A stretch of DNA of 61,949 nt, filler included. It is 9 parts of 9 records of this genome, joined end to end, with 100 filler letters (N's around TTAATTAATTAA, not from the genome) between each part and the next. Parts side by side here need not be neighbours in the genome. Positions count along the whole stretch, not along the records: positions 1 to 6,140 come from SRR2962707_640; positions 6,241 to 16,235 come from SRR2962707_644; 7 more parts are not named here. One strand, given 5' to 3'. Numbering within the stretch: the first letter of the stretch is position 1; the number at the start of each line of letters is the position of its first letter. The notes beneath the pieces were generated by a model that was not told the DNA's origin, made no database searches, and worked only from the letters and a program-made list of their open reading frames with translations. The position numbers were made by a program, and so were the translations under genes. This document shows, in pieces, positions 1 through 10,734 of the stretch.

Positions 1-594
1 AAAAAAAAAAAAAAAAAAAAAAAAGTGGGATGATGATGACTGGTTTCGTACTACTAACTTTTGTGCTTTTGCGCCCGTGGAGAGTACTGTGACATCGATC
101 CACCAAGGCTAAATAAAATAACGGCGCAGCTGTTTTGGTGGATGGGTTGGAGTTTTGAGTGCAAGAATACGGCTTCCTTTTGATGCACAGACACTACTTG
201 CTTGTTGAAAAATCGCTTCCAGTGGTGCTTGCTGGAATTGATTCGCACCATGATGGTGCCCCAGAGGAACCGAACGTTGGCACCGTTACTGTTCACAGCG
301 CGAGGAGGAATGTTTGAAAAATAAAATAATATCTTACTCACAGCGATGCAGCCAGGGCTTTGCGTGCATGCCCCAGAATTTGCCGCGCATACCGCAGTTC
401 CTTGGCGACAGGAAACGCGAACTTTCGAAAGTTTGCCGTACAACTTTGGAACGACACCTTGATGAACGCAGGTTCACATCGGAATTAGTCTGTAGTATTT
501 GTGTGTCGAGGGCCATCCAACGTGGTGGCGGGTGACGAGATTTAAGTTGTCGCCTGTGGCGCCTGCAGCCAGCGCATTGCTCCAGCGCGTCAAC

Positions 595-3500
595 TCAATC
601 TATTGCTTCTTCAGCCGAGACGATTGTTGTTGCGACTTTGTCGACCTCACGATGGTGCGCTGAGGAACTGTGCTGCGCCGCCTCCACTATGTGACGCACG
701 CGAGCAATGCTTTGGGAAGGGTTGTCAAATTCGCCTTTATCTCGTAGCCACGGGGGGACGCGGCTGTCAAGCTCGCGAAACCGGCCAGCAACCACGTTCT
801 GCACATGGAACAGACGTCGTGCTTGGACTTCTGACATCAAGCAGAACACCGGAACGAGGACGTACCTAGGTATTCGAGCAAATCACATGTGAGGGGAATA
901 CCGAAGGTGACAAAACACAACCAAAACAACGGCGTTGAAAGCAATCGTGCAGAAGCTGCTTACATTCCGCAGACGATGAGCAAGAATTTAATTTGCGTGG
1001 CAGTGCCATCTGCAGCAGTGTTGCTTTGTGGGCCAGCAAGAATGAGCGAGGAACAGTTGGGGTCGAGCGCTTGAATGTCCAAGTCAAGGTAGAGAAATAC
1101 GTTTTCCACCTCGAGGAAGTAGATAACCTCGCCCAGCGGCAAGAAGAGGGTGCACATGTACACCCGAATAGGAAGCGAGAGCGCCAGCAGCAGCAATGGC
1201 AACGCCACAAGCACCATAACGCGGATGAAAACTGCCTCAGCTCCAACAAATGCACCATAGCTGAACCAAACTTTGAACACTTCGTTCAGATGCACAGCTG
1301 CAGCAGCATCGGCCGTCGAGCTCGAACTCGCTGTAAGCTTGTGGCCCAGACACACGCCCTGCGGATTCGCTTCGTCGGTGAAAGAGTACGAGCTTTGTAG
1401 GATTCCCTTGATGTACGTGGCATTCGAGAGTGGAAGAAGATAAGTCGGGGCGTTTGGTAGGGGAACCTCCAACACTTGTCGAACCAGCCGGTATATATCT
1501 TGCAAGTGCGCAATTCCGAAAAAGAGGCAAATAAATGTCGAGACCTGGGCAAGAAAAAACAACGCGACAAATCTTTCGCTGTGAGCCCCATCTCGCAACA
1601 ACAAGAGCAAGGAGCCCCGTAGACGTACAGAGACGTAGCTGTGCGGGCGGTGCGCAATCCCAGAGGCAAGTGTCAACAATTTTCACACCAGCATGCCCAC
1701 AAGCAAAACATAGGACCTACCTGATAGAAGATCACGGGCGCGGCAATCCACACCCACCGGTCGCGCATTCTATTAAAGCGGGATGACACCGTCACAAAGA
1801 CAAACAGGACAAATGTTAATGCCCCAGCAACATCATTGGCGCCCGGCACAGCTCCAGAGGCAGCGAAGAAACCTTTCGGAACGTCCCCATTGAGCACTGA
1901 TTGGAGCCACGGATATCTGCACGTCACACAAAGTCATTTGCATGGCTACTGTCAAAGCTTCAGTTTCTAATAAGCATGAATTTAACGTGTCTCGATGTAA
2001 AACCAAGCCACAAGATGGTACCCAACCCAACACGCACACAATCAATCCGGCGGGACTCGTCGAGTATATGAGCATTGCTGCAAGGGCAATGTACAAAAGG
2101 CATGCAATGATGCCAACAACTAAAAGTGCACGAAAATATCGTGGCGTAAAGTAGTGGTGCTTCAAAAAAGTTGTTTCGTAAGATGCGTCTGGAAAGATGA
2201 GGCCACATCTTGTCCACATCGCCACCCAAAACCGTGTGATGACCGCGCCCACAGCTTGCGTATGACGATAAATAGGCCTGGACACCTTGGTTTTTGACTG
2301 AAACTGAGTTGAGTCGATTTCCACTGAAAGTTCAGTAGAAGCGCGGGATGACACGCGTTGCAACGAATCATTGCGGCTGCTTGAAAAAGAACCTGTTTGC
2401 AAAGTAGTTCCGGTGGATGACAGCAGGGCTGATGACGAAGACATTGATCTGGCCCGCTCACCAAAAAAGTTTGGAGGAAGGTTCCAGCATACGAGGTCTT
2501 CGTGGTTCCTGTGGGCGTTGCGTTTCCACCTATCGCTTTGCACAAGCGACTCCGGTGGCGAGCTGGAAAGCAGCGATGACGGCATCATGAAACGGTCTGC
2601 TACTGCGCCTTCATCAAAGCTCTCGCGACGCAAGTGGGGTGCAGACCCAGACCGAGTGAACGACATGGACTGAAAAGCAATTCCTCGAGATGATGGGCCG
2701 CGAGATTTGTTCCGGGTTTGTTTGCGAGCCCGGTTCAGCTTGCGCTCGATGGATGCAAGAGCTGGCACGATATCTTCGAATCGAGGACGGGCATCTGGCC
2801 CTGAGACCCACATCGTTTCGATAAGCTGTGATAGAGCGCTTATCACACTGGCTTCGACAGGTGACAATTCTTGTCCGAGTTTGGTGTAGCATTCAGCAAC
2901 TGCATCAAGTGGTGGGCGTTTCCCATTAACGACCTCTTCCGCAAGCTCAGCTTCATCCCGAACTGCCTTGTATCTGAAAGGAAGCATGCGAGTCAAGCAA
3001 ATATTTGGATTGAGCACTGGACTTTTTGCCCAAATCAGTCTCTCGGGCAAGCAGGGGAACGGGGAGGCGGCAGGGAATCAACAACTCGAAAACACGTACC
3101 CAATGCTGCGTTGAGCAAGCACTTCCCAACAAATAATCGCAAACGCATAAACATCGAGTTGGGAATTTGTTGTGTTCGTCTCAATAGCAGAACCTGAAGC
3201 GGAGCTAAACGCGCGTTCGTCTGTCGACGCCGTCTTCAACGAAGGAATCTCATCCACCCTTGGCTCGATTGCGCCAGTCCCAGTATTCACACTGTTGCTG
3301 TCACGAAGAGTACCCACCAAATGTTGGAGTAACTCAGGGGCCATGTATGCGGGGGTCCCAACAACGTGGTGCGCTTCGCTTTCCGTGAGTGCAAAGGCAC
3401 TAAGGCCAAAATCGCCAATGCGTACTCGTCCTTGCTCGGAAAACATGACATTCTCTGGTTTTAGATCGCGGTGAATGATTCCGTGCTCCACATGCAGGTA

Positions 3501-5812
3501 CATAAGACCACTGGCAATTTCAGAAACAATCTGCACACCAGAGGCCAATGATCGCTTCGGAATGCGACGTTCGGCGACGGCAGAAGGGTTCCCCTCGATA
3601 TAGCTGCAATTTCACATAGCCAACAATCATAAAAGCAGTTCCAAGCGAGAGTGGAGTGCGTGGAAAATGCGTGTGTTAGCCTGTGAATGGCCAAACAGTG
3701 AAATGCCATTGGGCGACGTACTCGCGCAAAGTGGCCACACATAGCTCGGTCACCATCATCACAGAGGAGAGGGAGGTATCTTGATCTCGATGGTAGCACA
3801 ACCCGATAAATGAAAGCACGTTGACGTGATGTAATCGACTGAGAACTCGAGCCTGAATTAACGAACACACTCCAGTAAATTGGGTGCATTGGCCAGCTCC
3901 GAAAAGCGGGGCGCCAGGAAACGAGTTGGCGGTGGGAATTTGACGCGATGTACTCTTGTATGCAGAAAAAAGCAAGCAAATGACACACCTCAACCGCAAG
4001 TTCACGCACGCTCTCCTCATGGGAACTTTCGATTAAGCCATAAAATTGCTTTGCTGCGACTGGAAAACCAGCGTACGTTGCTTGCCACACCATGGCAGCG
4101 CTTCCTGCCGCAATTCGAGTAACAAGTTCCAACTCCGATGGGTCAAGTTCCCAGGGAGCCCGTGCCGCTGCGGACGCGCCGCCATCTGCGACAGTGATTG
4201 CATTGGCTGAAGCAGAAGCTAGCGCTGTGCTTGCAGACCCAGAAACAAAATCACCGCTGTTGCCTGCGCGGGCTAGAGCATTGTTGCCATCATTTACAGC
4301 GAGCGCACGATTGGCTCTTTTCAACCGCCTTGTTTGTTGCTCCATCTGATTGAGCCAGCGCTGAAGGTCGCTTGGGTTAAAAGGATTTGCATTTCGCAGC
4401 ACTCGAGATATTTTTTGTTGCAGACGGTCTTCGAGAAGAAATACCTTGCGGAGGGCTTGCTCCGCTCGAACTGATACAAGCACCACTGCTGCAAACACGA
4501 CCGCCACAAAACAACTGTACGTTGCAATATATCGCCACACTGGGACAAGCATGTCGGGGTAACACGTTCCATTAGCATGGCCACTTGGTGTGAGCACGGC
4601 ATCAATATTCATGATGCTTCCTTGAGGCGCGAACGCGGGCAGCACGTTCACAATCGCAAACACGAAGGGAACAATCAATGCGAGCAAAGCATGGCGACTT
4701 GGTTGCTGTAAAATCAGTATGACTGCAGGGTAAGCCCAAAAGCTGGCAAGTCGTCCCATGTACCTAGAAAAGCAACATGTTGTACAATCCAAGTTGTGTA
4801 AGCAGGGGTGAGGTGGTCATGCAAAAAGCAGTGATGCAACGATTACAGCTCCACCACACACAGGGACGTTGGCATATTGCATGGTGCACTCGAAGAGCCG
4901 AAACTCGTTCAACCGGACACCAATGAAACACAAGAAGCAGTTCAATACCAACCCGAGTGCGGTCGATGTCCCCGAGTAGAATATAATTTGGGTCAAGTTC
5001 TGCAGCGAAACATTGCACACTTCGAGTGCTGGTGATGCACTGCCCGGTGCAGTGGGTTCGTACACATATTCGCCGAACGTGAAGCTCGAAGAGCTTAGCA
5101 AAGAAGATGTGTTGTCAAGCATTTGCAAGATGTGCCTGGTCGTTTCGCCCATGCTGTCATCCGACGCGCTGAATATTGTGTCCTCTATCTGAGCGGTGTC
5201 ATACATGTCAACGACAGCGAGAAGTTGTGAAGTGGTAGGTGGCGCGCTTTCTTTCGCACCAAACAAAGCGGATTGACAAATATCCTCGGATCTAGCAAAC
5301 AGTACTTTGTTGAACCTTACCTCGGCAATAAGAACGAGGAAGCACACCAGCCACCAGTAAGGACGCGACGCTGGAAAAGCGAGGTTAAGTGTCGCAAGAG
5401 CAACAGCCAGGAGCACAATCACCAAGTCCATGGAATTATGAACTTTTTCTTCAGCGGAGCTATCAAAATGCTCTTCGCCGGATATGGGTGTGTCTGTGGC
5501 TGACGAAACCAGAGCAATGCAGGCCGCCCAAACACTGCACAGGAACAGTCCAGCAACGAGAAAGAATATGTAGAATCGCTTCGTGTTGTAGTGCTGGCCG
5601 AGAAACCGTTCCTCCATCGCAGGGTCGGCAAACGCCATATTCCATTTCGCCCAGCACGACATCCAAGCCTGGCAAGAGCGAAGGCGGCTGCAACGCGAAG
5701 GTTGAAACCCGACCTCCCCTCTGTCCAGGTCTTCAAGGCCGTCACTTTTCGATGAGATGGTGCTGGACCAGCTGTCGTCAATGTTCGTGGAAAGCAGATT
5801 GCGCCGGAGCAT
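595..5812 (-). CDS. Multi-exon membrane protein: N-terminal multi-TM block + TKL-like protein kinase domain + second multi-TM block
   Basis: Kinase motifs spread over ORF fragments: [50 protein letters not shown]. Frames join at GT-AG introns (e.g. 3604-3721, 2974-3099, 1917-2037, 866-963). Hydrophobic stretches flank the kinase. The start ATG at 5812 and some exon borders are inferred. Confidence 0.8.
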
Positions 5813-6140
5813 CGTGGAAAATTGCTTTCTAGGCGCCGCTCGCCACTGCCCAAAGACGATACCACTGCCAGTATGCTCTCGCTCAATGCATCCCAGGAAT
5901 CGAGTCACCGGGACGCAGGGCGGGAGTGAGGCTGCGCGAGTCCGAAGACTCGCCTCGATGGCTCGTGCAACATTTGCCAAAAGAAAGATTAACAGGAATC
6001 GAGAGAATAGGCGGAGTCACGGAGAGAGATAAGGAGAAGTTTCGGACGAGAGGCTCGCGGAGAGACGACAGACGACCGAGGGGCGCAGAGAGAGTATCAA
6101 GAGGGAGAGTTTTGAGAGAGAGTATCGAGAGAGAGTATCG

Positions 6141-6240
6141 NNNNNNNNNNNNNNNNNNNNNNNNNNNNNNNNNNNNNNNNNNNNTTAATTAATTAANNNN
6201 NNNNNNNNNNNNNNNNNNNNNNNNNNNNNNNNNNNNNNNN
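6141..6240. other. Artificial contig spacer (N44-TTAATTAATTAA-N44); identical spacers at 16236-16335, 23478-23577, 28766-28865, 34307-34406, 39852-39951, 46709-46808, 56330-56429
   Basis: Eight identical 100-bp blocks containing a six-frame stop linker. Gene content changes abruptly across them, and composition changes across the two that flank the bacterial contig. Confidence 0.98.
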
Positions 6241-6447
6241 ACCAGCAGTATCCAGGAAAATTTTCTTTCCAGTGTAGAATGGGTGTGAAGCAGAGCTAAC
6301 CTCTACTTTGATTACAGGGTATTCATTCCCATCTTCCCACTTGATCGTCTCCTTAGAAGTCATCGTTGATTTAGTCAAAAATTTAAAATCACTTGACGTA
6401 TCAAGAAATACCACTTCTTTGTATTCAGGATGTAAGTCTTTTTTCAT
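6241..6447 (-). CDS. rpmE2: 50S ribosomal protein L31 type B (3' end truncated by contig edge)
   Basis: [16 protein letters not shown]...[13 protein letters not shown] is the L31 signature; no Zn-binding cysteines, so type B. Confidence 0.95.
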
Positions 6448-6475
6448 TTCTCGCGCTCTTTTTCAAAAAGGATGG

Positions 6476-6483
6476 CAAAGATA
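6476..6483 (-). promoter_or_regulatory. Bacteroidota sigma70 -7 element (TATCTTTG) upstream of rpmE2
   Basis: Matches the TAnnTTTG consensus about 30 nt upstream of the ATG. Confidence 0.6.
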
Positions 6484-6542
6484 GACATTATTTTATCTTC
6501 TTCAAACCATATGATCTAACTAAAATCAAATATGTTTGGTTC

Positions 6543-8183
6543 ATGAGAAAGTTTCTTGCTCTTGTTGGCCTCTTCTATACTTGTTGGGTAGCAGCTCAAT
6601 CAACTGATTTTCCAATCAACCATCCTGCCTACACCATTGTGGAGATGGAGGATGTCAGGTCAAATAGTGGCCTCAGCACAACTATGACGCCTTTTTCGAG
6701 AAAATCTGTTTTCGAATTTCTTGGGAGTAATGTTGATTCTTATATGAGTAAAGAGTTGAGAACCTATTCCAATGACTCTACAAAATCCGCACAACCAATC
6801 CTCAAGAAATTCTATCAATATCCTGCAGATCTCTACTATTACAAAGACAAAACACTTGAATTACATGTAAATCCGGCTGGTCAGTTGTCATTTGGCAAAA
6901 CCAATGATGCTCTTGGTTCTTCCTATATCGTCTCAAGGGGTGTAGAGATTCGAGGAATCATCGATGAGAAAATCGCATTTTATACCCTCCTCACAGAAAA
7001 CCAGGCCAAATATCCTGAGTACGTAAATAATGTAAGAGACAGTACACTTGTTGTTCCATATGAAGGATTTTGGAAACAATTTGACAATCAAGGCGTGGAC
7101 TTTTTCAGGGCACAAGGCTATGTCGATTTCGGCATTAGCCAGAGCATCTCAGCACAACTGGGTTTTGGAAAACATTTCGTTGGAAATGGCATCCGGTCAC
7201 TAATCTTATCCAACTATTCAAACAATTATCCTTATCTCAGAATCAATACGAAAACGAAGGTTTTTGATTACACCAACATTTTTGCTGAACTGATCGCAGA
7301 TGTCCAGGGAAATCAAGGTGGACTTTTTGGTTATTCAGGCTACTCAAAAAAATACATGGCCATGCATCACCTAAATATCAAAGTGAAACCTAATCTGCAC
7401 ATTGGCCTCTTTGAATCTGTCATGTATGGTGACTCTACAGGAGGTTTAAAACTCGAATACCTTAATCCCGTCATTTTCTATCGTGCGGTTGAACAACAGA
7501 ATGGAAGTGAAGACAATGCCATCATCGGGATGGATTTCAAATGGAACATCAAAAACCGTGTATCGGTCTATGGTCAGTTAGCGATTGATGAGATGATTGT
7601 AAGCGAGGTGTTTTCCGGCAATGGTTGGTGGGGGAATAAGCAAGGTTATCAACTTGGTGCTAAGTATGTAGATGCTTTCGGGTTGGAAAACCTGATGCTG
7701 CAGGGCGAAATCAACAAGGTACGGCCATATATGTATGCCCATGAGGATGGATTCACCAACTACAGTCATTACAACCTGTCACTGGCGCATCCTTTGGGAG
7801 CTAATTTCACTGAGTATATAGCTAGGGCCAATTATCGCCTTAGTGAAAAGTGGAATTTTGAAGGCATGATACTGAAAGCTCAGTATGGCAATGACATTGA
7901 CAATGTGAATTTCGGTAGGGATATATTAAAAGATTATACGATTCGAAGGCCGAATGGCAATGGTGGAAATTTAGATTATGGCAATGATCACCTTCAGGGG
8001 AATAAGACAGATTTGCTGATGCTCTTTGGTCGGATTACATACATGTTTAGGCATAATGTATTTATTGATGCTGACTTGACATTGAGAAAAGAGAGTGATC
8101 AAAATGGACGGATAGACGATACTTCGAGTGTGGCCGGACTTTCATTTCGCTGGAACATTCCTTCAAGACGCTATTTATTTTGA
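6543..8183 (+). CDS. Outer-membrane beta-barrel protein, capsule-assembly Wzi / RemB-like family
   Basis: Signal peptide MRKFLALVGLFYTCWVAAQ; motifs LILSNYSNNYPY, GLFESVM, LAHPLGANF; C-terminal Phe. Confidence 0.65.
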   Translation: MRKFLALVGLFYTCWVAAQSTDFPINHPAYTIVEMEDVRSNSGLSTTMTPFSRKSVFEFLGSNVDSYMSKELRTYSNDSTKSAQPILKKFYQYPADLYYYKDKTLELHVNPAGQLSFGKTNDALGSSYIVSRGVEIRGIIDEKIAFYTLLTENQAKYPEYVNNVRDSTLVVPYEGFWKQFDNQGVDFFRAQGYVDFGISQSISAQLGFGKHFVGNGIRSLILSNYSNNYPYLRINTKTKVFDYTNIFAELIADVQGNQGGLFGYSGYSKKYMAMHHLNIKVKPNLHIGLFESVMYGDSTGGLKLEYLNPVIFYRAVEQQNGSEDNAIIGMDFKWNIKNRVSVYGQLAIDEMIVSEVFSGNGWWGNKQGYQLGAKYVDAFGLENLMLQGEINKVRPYMYAHEDGFTNYSHYNLSLAHPLGANFTEYIARANYRLSEKWNFEGMILKAQYGNDIDNVNFGRDILKDYTIRRPNGNGGNLDYGNDHLQGNKTDLLMLFGRITYMFRHNVFIDADLTLRKESDQNGRIDDTSSVAGLSFRWNIPSRRYLF

Positions 8184-8315
8184 TTAACATTGTTCAAACG
8201 CACAACATTAAATAGGGGAAATCTTTACATAATGGTTGAATAAAAACCATCAAATCATAACTTTCAATATTCGGATAATATTTTTCTAACTTTCCGCCCC
8301 GACTCAAATCGACTA

Positions 8316-8678
8316 ATGAAAAGGTTTAAACTCATTTTCCACATCATCTACATTCTGATCACATTGGCTGTGATGTATTTTTCTGTGGATATACTGATGA
8401 ATACTGAAGCGTATTTGTCCAAAATCAAACTCTCCTCATACATCAAATTTCCACGATATGTCATGGGGGTTTTTCTACTCATCTCTGTCCTGATGGCTGT
8501 CGAGTATGTGATGCAACAGTTGAGAATTCACAACATCAAACAAGGTGTGGATGAATTGAAGAATGAAATTGTAGAGCTCAAAGCAAAGCTTTACGACAAG
8601 GGTGTTGCCGGTATTGCAGAACCTGATCCAGAAGAAGAAGTTGACGGGGAAGATGAGGAAGAAGAGGATGAAGATTGA
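8316..8678 (+). CDS. Hypothetical 2-TM membrane protein with coiled-coil and acidic tail
   Basis: 120-aa ORF with two hydrophobic segments, LKNEIVELKAKLYD coiled coil and a D/E-rich end. Confidence 0.75.
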   Translation: MKRFKLIFHIIYILITLAVMYFSVDILMNTEAYLSKIKLSSYIKFPRYVMGVFLLISVLMAVEYVMQQLRIHNIKQGVDELKNEIVELKAKLYDKGVAGIAEPDPEEEVDGEDEEEEDED

Positions 8679-8787
8679 TTCCCTAAATCCATTCATTTAG
8701 TTTATTGTCATTGTAATGTAGACACCATTGAAAAATCGATTCAATGGTTCATGATAAATTGCGCCTTGTCAATCATTGAATCTTAAT

Positions 8788-10326
8788 ATGCTCGCAAAAA
8801 CGTATGGTAGTGCCGTTTATGGAGTGGATGCTTACAAGATCACCATCGAGGTGAACGTAGGCCAGGGCACTCGTTTTTTTATGGTTGGATTGCCTGATTC
8901 CGCTGTAAAAGAAAGTGAGCAACGTGTTGAATCTGCCATCAAACAATTTGGCTATCGAATGCCCCGGCAAAAAGTGGTCGTGAACCTGGCTCCTGCGGAT
9001 ATTAGGAAAGAAGGGTCGGCTTATGACCTTCCAATTGCTCTAGGCATACTTCATGGCTCTGAGCAGATAGTGGCAGAAGAGTTGGAAGATTATGTGATCA
9101 TGGGTGAGCTGGCCTTGGATGGAGACCTCCGTCCTATTAAAGGAGCACTTCCAATCGCTATTGAAGCCAGAAAGAATGGATTTAAAGGCCTTATTCTCCC
9201 TAAAGAAAATGCGTCCGAGGCGGCCATTGTGGATGGTCTGGATGTCTATGGTGTCTCCAGTATCAAGGAAGCGATTGACCACCTGGAAAAAACGAAAGTA
9301 TTAGAACCATTGGATTATGATACTCGTGACGTCTTTTTTAGTGAGCTGGATAATTATCCCTCCGATTTTGCTGATGTACAAGGGCAAGAAAACATCAAAA
9401 GGGCTATGGAAATTGCAGCAGCCGGGGGACACAATGTCATCATGATTGGGCCTCCGGGAGCCGGGAAGACTATGCTGGCGAAGCGCCTCCCATCGATTCT
9501 TCCTCCACTTACTTTGCACGAAGCATTGGAAACCACAAAAATCCATTCGGTTGCCGGTAAACTTGGCACAGATGCAAGGCTTATTTCCCAACGCCCTTTT
9601 CGTCAACCGCATCACACCATCTCTGATGTCGCTCTTGTAGGTGGTGGAGGCATTCCACAACCCGGCGAAATCTCATTGGCCAACAATGGTGTTCTGTTTT
9701 TGGATGAACTTCCTGAGTTTAAGCGGACGGTGCTGGAAGTCATGCGACAACCTCTCGAAGAACGGAAAGTAACCATCTCCAGGGCAAAGGTCTCACTGGA
9801 CTATCCGTCCAACTTTATGCTAATTGCCAGTATGAATCCGTGCCCATGTGGCTACTACAATCATCCGGAAAAAGAATGTGTTTGCGCCCCCGGTGTGGTG
9901 CAGCGCTACCTGAATAAAATAAGTGGCCCCCTTCTGGATCGAATCGATTTGCATGTGGAGGTGACACCTGTCTCTTTTGATCAGATGACAGAAAATCGCA
10001 AAACAGAATCCAGCTCAGAAATAAGGGAGCGGGTGATCAGGGCAAGAGAGATCCAGGCCGAACGATTCAAAGAGCAGGAAGGTGTATTCAATAATGCCAT
10101 GATGAGTTCCAATATGGTGAAGGAGGTCTGCCAAATCAACACGGCAGGGAAAACGCTTCTCAAAACGGCTATGGAGCGTTTGGGCCTTTCTGCCAGGGCC
10201 TATGACCGTATTTTGCGCGTTTCCAGAACGATCGCAGATCTGGCAGGGTCAGAAAACATTGCCATCGAACATCTTGCTGAAGCCATCCAATACAGAAGCC
10301 TGGACAGAGAAGGCTGGGCAGGGTAA
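8788..10326 (+). CDS. comM: YifB/ComM family Mg-chelatase-like AAA+ ATPase
   Basis: VGLPDSAVKES, NLAPADIRKEGSAYDLPIA, Walker A GPPGAGKT, LFLDELPEF, MNPCPCG, ISGPLLDRIDL. Confidence 0.95.
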   Translation: MLAKTYGSAVYGVDAYKITIEVNVGQGTRFFMVGLPDSAVKESEQRVESAIKQFGYRMPRQKVVVNLAPADIRKEGSAYDLPIALGILHGSEQIVAEELEDYVIMGELALDGDLRPIKGALPIAIEARKNGFKGLILPKENASEAAIVDGLDVYGVSSIKEAIDHLEKTKVLEPLDYDTRDVFFSELDNYPSDFADVQGQENIKRAMEIAAAGGHNVIMIGPPGAGKTMLAKRLPSILPPLTLHEALETTKIHSVAGKLGTDARLISQRPFRQPHHTISDVALVGGGGIPQPGEISLANNGVLFLDELPEFKRTVLEVMRQPLEERKVTISRAKVSLDYPSNFMLIASMNPCPCGYYNHPEKECVCAPGVVQRYLNKISGPLLDRIDLHVEVTPVSFDQMTENRKTESSSEIRERVIRAREIQAERFKEQEGVFNNAMMSSNMVKEVCQINTAGKTLLKTAMERLGLSARAYDRILRVSRTIADLAGSENIAIEHLAEAIQYRSLDREGWAG

Positions 10327-10371
10327 AATCACATTTATTATATTTTGTATAACAAATTCAAATTCCTCTCG

Positions 10372-10394
10372 TATATTTGTTCTACTTAATAGAA
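10372..10394 (+). promoter_or_regulatory. Bacteroidota -7 element (TATATTTG) followed by inverted repeat TTCTA-N5-TAGAA, candidate PadR operator
   Basis: TAnnTTTG at 10372-10379 and a palindrome at 10380-10394, directly upstream of the padR ATG. Confidence 0.45.
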
Positions 10395-10401
10395 TAAATA
10401 C

Positions 10402-10734
10402 ATGTCAAAAGAACACATCGGAGAGTTGGAGGAATTGATACTTCTCCTCATCGTCATGCTAAAAGAGGAGGCTTACGGATTAGCCATTCGGCATGCACTC
10501 AAGGAACATGCACAACGAACAGTCACAATTGGTGCGGTGCACGGCACAGTCAATCGACTGGAAAGTAAAGGTCTGGTTGAATCAACTATGGGAGGGGCAA
10601 CAGATGAGCGGGGCGGAAGACGCAAGCGTATTTTCAGCATTACCAATGCCGGGAAATCCGCGCTGCAAAAGAGTAGAGATGTTAAGGTAAATCTCTGGCA
10701 ACAGATTCCGGAATTATCAATTAATAATGCTTGA
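10402..10734 (+). CDS. PadR family transcriptional regulator
   Basis: IGELEELILL...EAYGLAI...RLESKGLV...ERGGRRKRIFSITNAGK is the winged-helix PadR pattern. Confidence 0.92.
   Translation: MSKEHIGELEELILLLIVMLKEEAYGLAIRHALKEHAQRTVTIGAVHGTVNRLESKGLVESTMGGATDERGGRRKRIFSITNAGKSALQKSRDVKVNLWQQIPELSINNA

Noticed and set aside
6185-6196. Recurring TTAATTAATTAA palindrome as a biological repeat
   Set aside because: It is always centred in 88 Ns, so it is an artificial six-frame stop linker.
5900-6500. Eukaryote-bacterium junction as an HGT breakpoint
   Set aside because: The two sides are separated by an artificial spacer with no physical continuity.
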